DNA from: Chloroflexota bacterium
GTDB lineage: Bacteria > Chloroflexota > Chloroflexia > Thermomicrobiales > UBA6265
Length of the DNA stretch: 64,000 bases
Assembly (NCBI GenBank): GCA_023423795.1
Contig: JAFAEX010000311.1
Span: forward strand, 18,947 to 82,946
Direction: 5' to 3'
A program made the translations under genes and the position numbers. Numbering within the stretch: position 1 is the stretch's first letter; each line of letters starts with the position of its first letter. Positions 62,128-64,000 of this stretch are shown one piece after another. The notes under the pieces are model-generated. The model had not been told where the DNA came from and did no database searches. It saw nothing but the letters and a program-made list of their open reading frames with translations.

Positions 62128-64000
62128 TCAGCCCGCGGCTACGTCTCTTTCCAGCCAGCCGCCCCAGCCGCCGGCGCAATTTCGCCAGAGGTCAGCCGGG
62201 AACTCTCCAGGCGGCAACCCGGCGGGATCGGCGCGGACGTAGGCCAGCGCGTGCATCGCGCGGGTCATCGCCACGAAGCGGACTCGCCGGTCGCGCTCGG
62301 CCTCTTCCTGCCGCTCCTGCCGGCCTTCCTCGCTGTCGCGGGAGGTCACCGGGAGCAACGGGCGGTCCAGCACCGCCACGATCGGGAACTCCAGCCCCTT
62401 GGCGGCGTGGAAGGTCGTGATCTTGACCCCCGGAGCGCCGATGTCGAACGACTTGCTTTTCATGAAACGGGCCGGTAGGCCGTGGTTTTCCAGGTACTTG
62501 GCCATTGGGGGACCGTCTTGGTTCGTCGGGACCAGTACGCAACACGACCCCGCACCGATCAGCAGGTCTGCCATCGAGATGCGCAGGAATGCTTCGACGG
62601 CGTCCCGGGCGGAGAGCATGTCTGATTCGGCGTGGGCGATTGGCCGTGCGCCGTGGCGGGGAAACGCCACCTCGTCCGGCGGCTCGATGCCGGCCTCGGC
62701 GAGCCATACCCGCGCCGCGGCCGCGATCTCGGCGGTGGAGCGGTAGCAGTTTTCCAGCCGCCCGGTGCGGCCGGTGAACCGGAGCGCCTTGCTGGCTTCG
62801 CTCCAGCGGAACGAGCCGCCGTAGATCGACTGGTCGCTGTCGGCGGTCACGAACAGGCGGTCGGTGGACGGGCACAGCGCGACCGCGATCTGGAGCAGGT
62901 TTGGGTCGAGGTCCTGCGCCTCGTCGATGACCACGCCGTCGTAGCGCAAGGCAACCGTGTCGTCCTGGAGCGCCCGGAGGGCGTCCCGGCGCGTTTCGGC
63001 GAACGTCGATTGCCGGCGCTCGGCGTTGTAGCGCGCCATTTCTTCGGAGATCCGCCAGACGGCTTCGCGGTCGTGCCCGGTGAACCGGACCTTGCGGCCG
63101 GCCCGGCTCGCTCCCCGGTAGTCGTCCAGCGATCGCAGGTTGCGGCCGACGATGACGCGCTCCACTTCCTCGCGCAGGTAGTCCAGGCCGAACCGCCGCA
63201 ATCGCGCGGCATGCGCCCGGTCCTCGTCGCTCCCGGTTTCCATCCGCTGGAGGGCGCGGTAGCAGGTGGCGCGGGCGACGCCGTCGTCCTTGGGCTCGTA
63301 GTCGCGTCCAGCCTGTTTGATGATCCGCCGCACGAGTTGGTCGGAGGTGAGGACTTCGACATTTTCCGAGTCCGGCCCGAGCAGGCGTTCGACGAGGCGG
63401 CGCAGGGTGTTGGCGAGCGCGTTGGTGAACGTGGTGACCAGCACGGTCGGGTGCTCGATGCCCTGCTTGCGCAGTTCGAGCACGAGGTTGCGGGCGCGGT
63501 AGGCGGCGACGACGCTCTTGCCGCTGCCGGGGCCGCCCTTCAGGAGCGTCGGGCCGTGGCTGTTGGCGGACCATTGGACGTGTTTTTCCTGTTCCGGGTC
63601 GAGGTCGAGCAGCAGCGCGGTGAGGTCGCCCCGGAGCCAGCGGAGCAAGGACTCTTCGTCCTGCACGTGCCACCTGCGCAGGTTGGGCAGGATGACCGGA
63701 TCGTCCGCTGTTACCGCGTCGATGACGGTCGTGTGGATATCTGGTGGAACCGCCGCCGCGAGCAGTGCATCTTCGGTCCGGCACGACTTGAGGGCGTTAT
63801 GGAACTCCGCCGGCACGCCAAGGGATTCCAGCAACTGATCGTCGATGAGGCGGGTCAACGGCCTACCCGTTTCGCGCGGCGACGCCTGCCGCTGGATCAG
63901 CCGCGTTGGTTGCCGTTCCGGAGTGGGTAGCGGCGCCGGTTGCGGCCTCCCGCCTTCGGGTTCGGGAACCGGTTGGTTTCCCTGTCCCGGGACGACGCCC
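62128..64000 (-). CDS. UvrD/PcrA-like superfamily 1 helicase; reading frame open to the window edge (possibly 5' truncated)
   Basis: Motifs are Walker A GGPGSGKS, VIDEAQDL, TADSDQSIYG, TFHAAKGLEFP and VAMTRA. The track starts it at TTG 63858. My hand translation finds no stop between 63859 and 64000 in this frame, where it reads as a Pro-rich linker (PGQGNQPVPEPEGGRPQPAPLPTPERQPT). Confidence 0.85.
   Translation of the reverse strand, partial: GVVPGQGNQPVPEPEGGRPQPAPLPTPERQPTRLIQRQASPRETGRPLTRLIDDQLLESLGVPAEFHNALKSCRTEDALLAAAVPPDIHTTVIDAVTADDPVILPNLRRWHVQDEESLLRWLRGDLTALLLDLDPEQEKHVQWSANSHGPTLLKGGPGSGKSVVAAYRARNLVLELRKQGIEHPTVLVTTFTNALANTLRRLVERLLGPDSENVEVLTSDQLVRRIIKQAGRDYEPKDDGVARATCYRALQRMETGSDEDRAHAARLRRFGLDYLREEVERVIVGRNLRSLDDYRGASRAGRKVRFTGHDREAVWRISEEMARYNAERRQSTFAETRRDALRALQDDTVALRYDGVVIDEAQDLDPNLLQIAVALCPSTDRLFVTADSDQSIYGGSFRWSEASKALRFTGRTGRLENCYRSTAEIAAAARVWLAEAGIEPPDEVAFPRHGARPIAHAESDMLSARDAVEAFLRISMADLLIGAGSCCVLVPTNQDGPPMAKYLENHGLPARFMKSKSFDIGAPGVKITTFHAAKGLEFPIVAVLDRPLLPVTSRDSEEGRQERQEEAERDRRVRFVAMTRAMHALAYVRADPAGLPPGEFPADLWRNCAGGWGGWLERDVAAG

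Overview
A high-GC (~68-70%) bacterial chromosomal window. Gene content and repeat style look Chloroflexota/Thermomicrobia-like or actinobacterial, but that is inference only. No rRNA, tRNA, CRISPR, transposase or integrase was recognised. Many long ORFs in the supplied track are Arg/Ala/Pro-rich off-frame or antisense artefacts of the high GC content, and I did not call them. The supported content falls into these groups. (1) A NarL-type two-component pair (0-1.4 kb). (2) An incomplete complex I set split in two on the minus strand, nuoHJK at 5.5-7.6 kb and nuoABCD at 25.4-28.3 kb, separated by 17.8 kb of unrelated genes. (3) Housekeeping genes: fabD, fabF, cystathionine beta-synthase and a gamma-lyase/synthase, a peroxiredoxin, dps, an M1 aminopeptidase and an L,D-transpeptidase. 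(4) Two loci (18.5-23.4 kb and 29.7-37.5 kb) that together carry seven methyltransferase domains, a 1,195-aa GT-GT-unknown-FkbM fusion protein, and a duplicated uncharacterised ~300-aa domain that is fused to a methyltransferase in one locus and free-standing in the other. (5) Two cysteine-rich secreted proteins that share a distinctive twin-arginine leader and a knottin-spaced Cys module. One of them sits directly upstream of the second methyltransferase/GT operon, behind a hairpin plus T-tract terminator. (6) A RecQ-phosphoribosyltransferase fusion next to a DprA-like gene, which resembles the PsyrTA/ShosTA toxin-antitoxin/defence systems. (7) Two VapBC-like pairs, each with an apparent lesion: a frameshifted antitoxin in one and a toxin start codon reading ATC in the other. 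(8) A LacI-controlled sugar ABC/oxidoreductase cluster (53.7-62.1 kb) interrupted by a four-helix-bundle (23S IVS family) gene flanked by inverted 4x8-bp CTCGACTC arrays; solo arrays and a second hairpin repeat family occur elsewhere. (9) A UvrD-like helicase whose reading frame stays open to the window edge.
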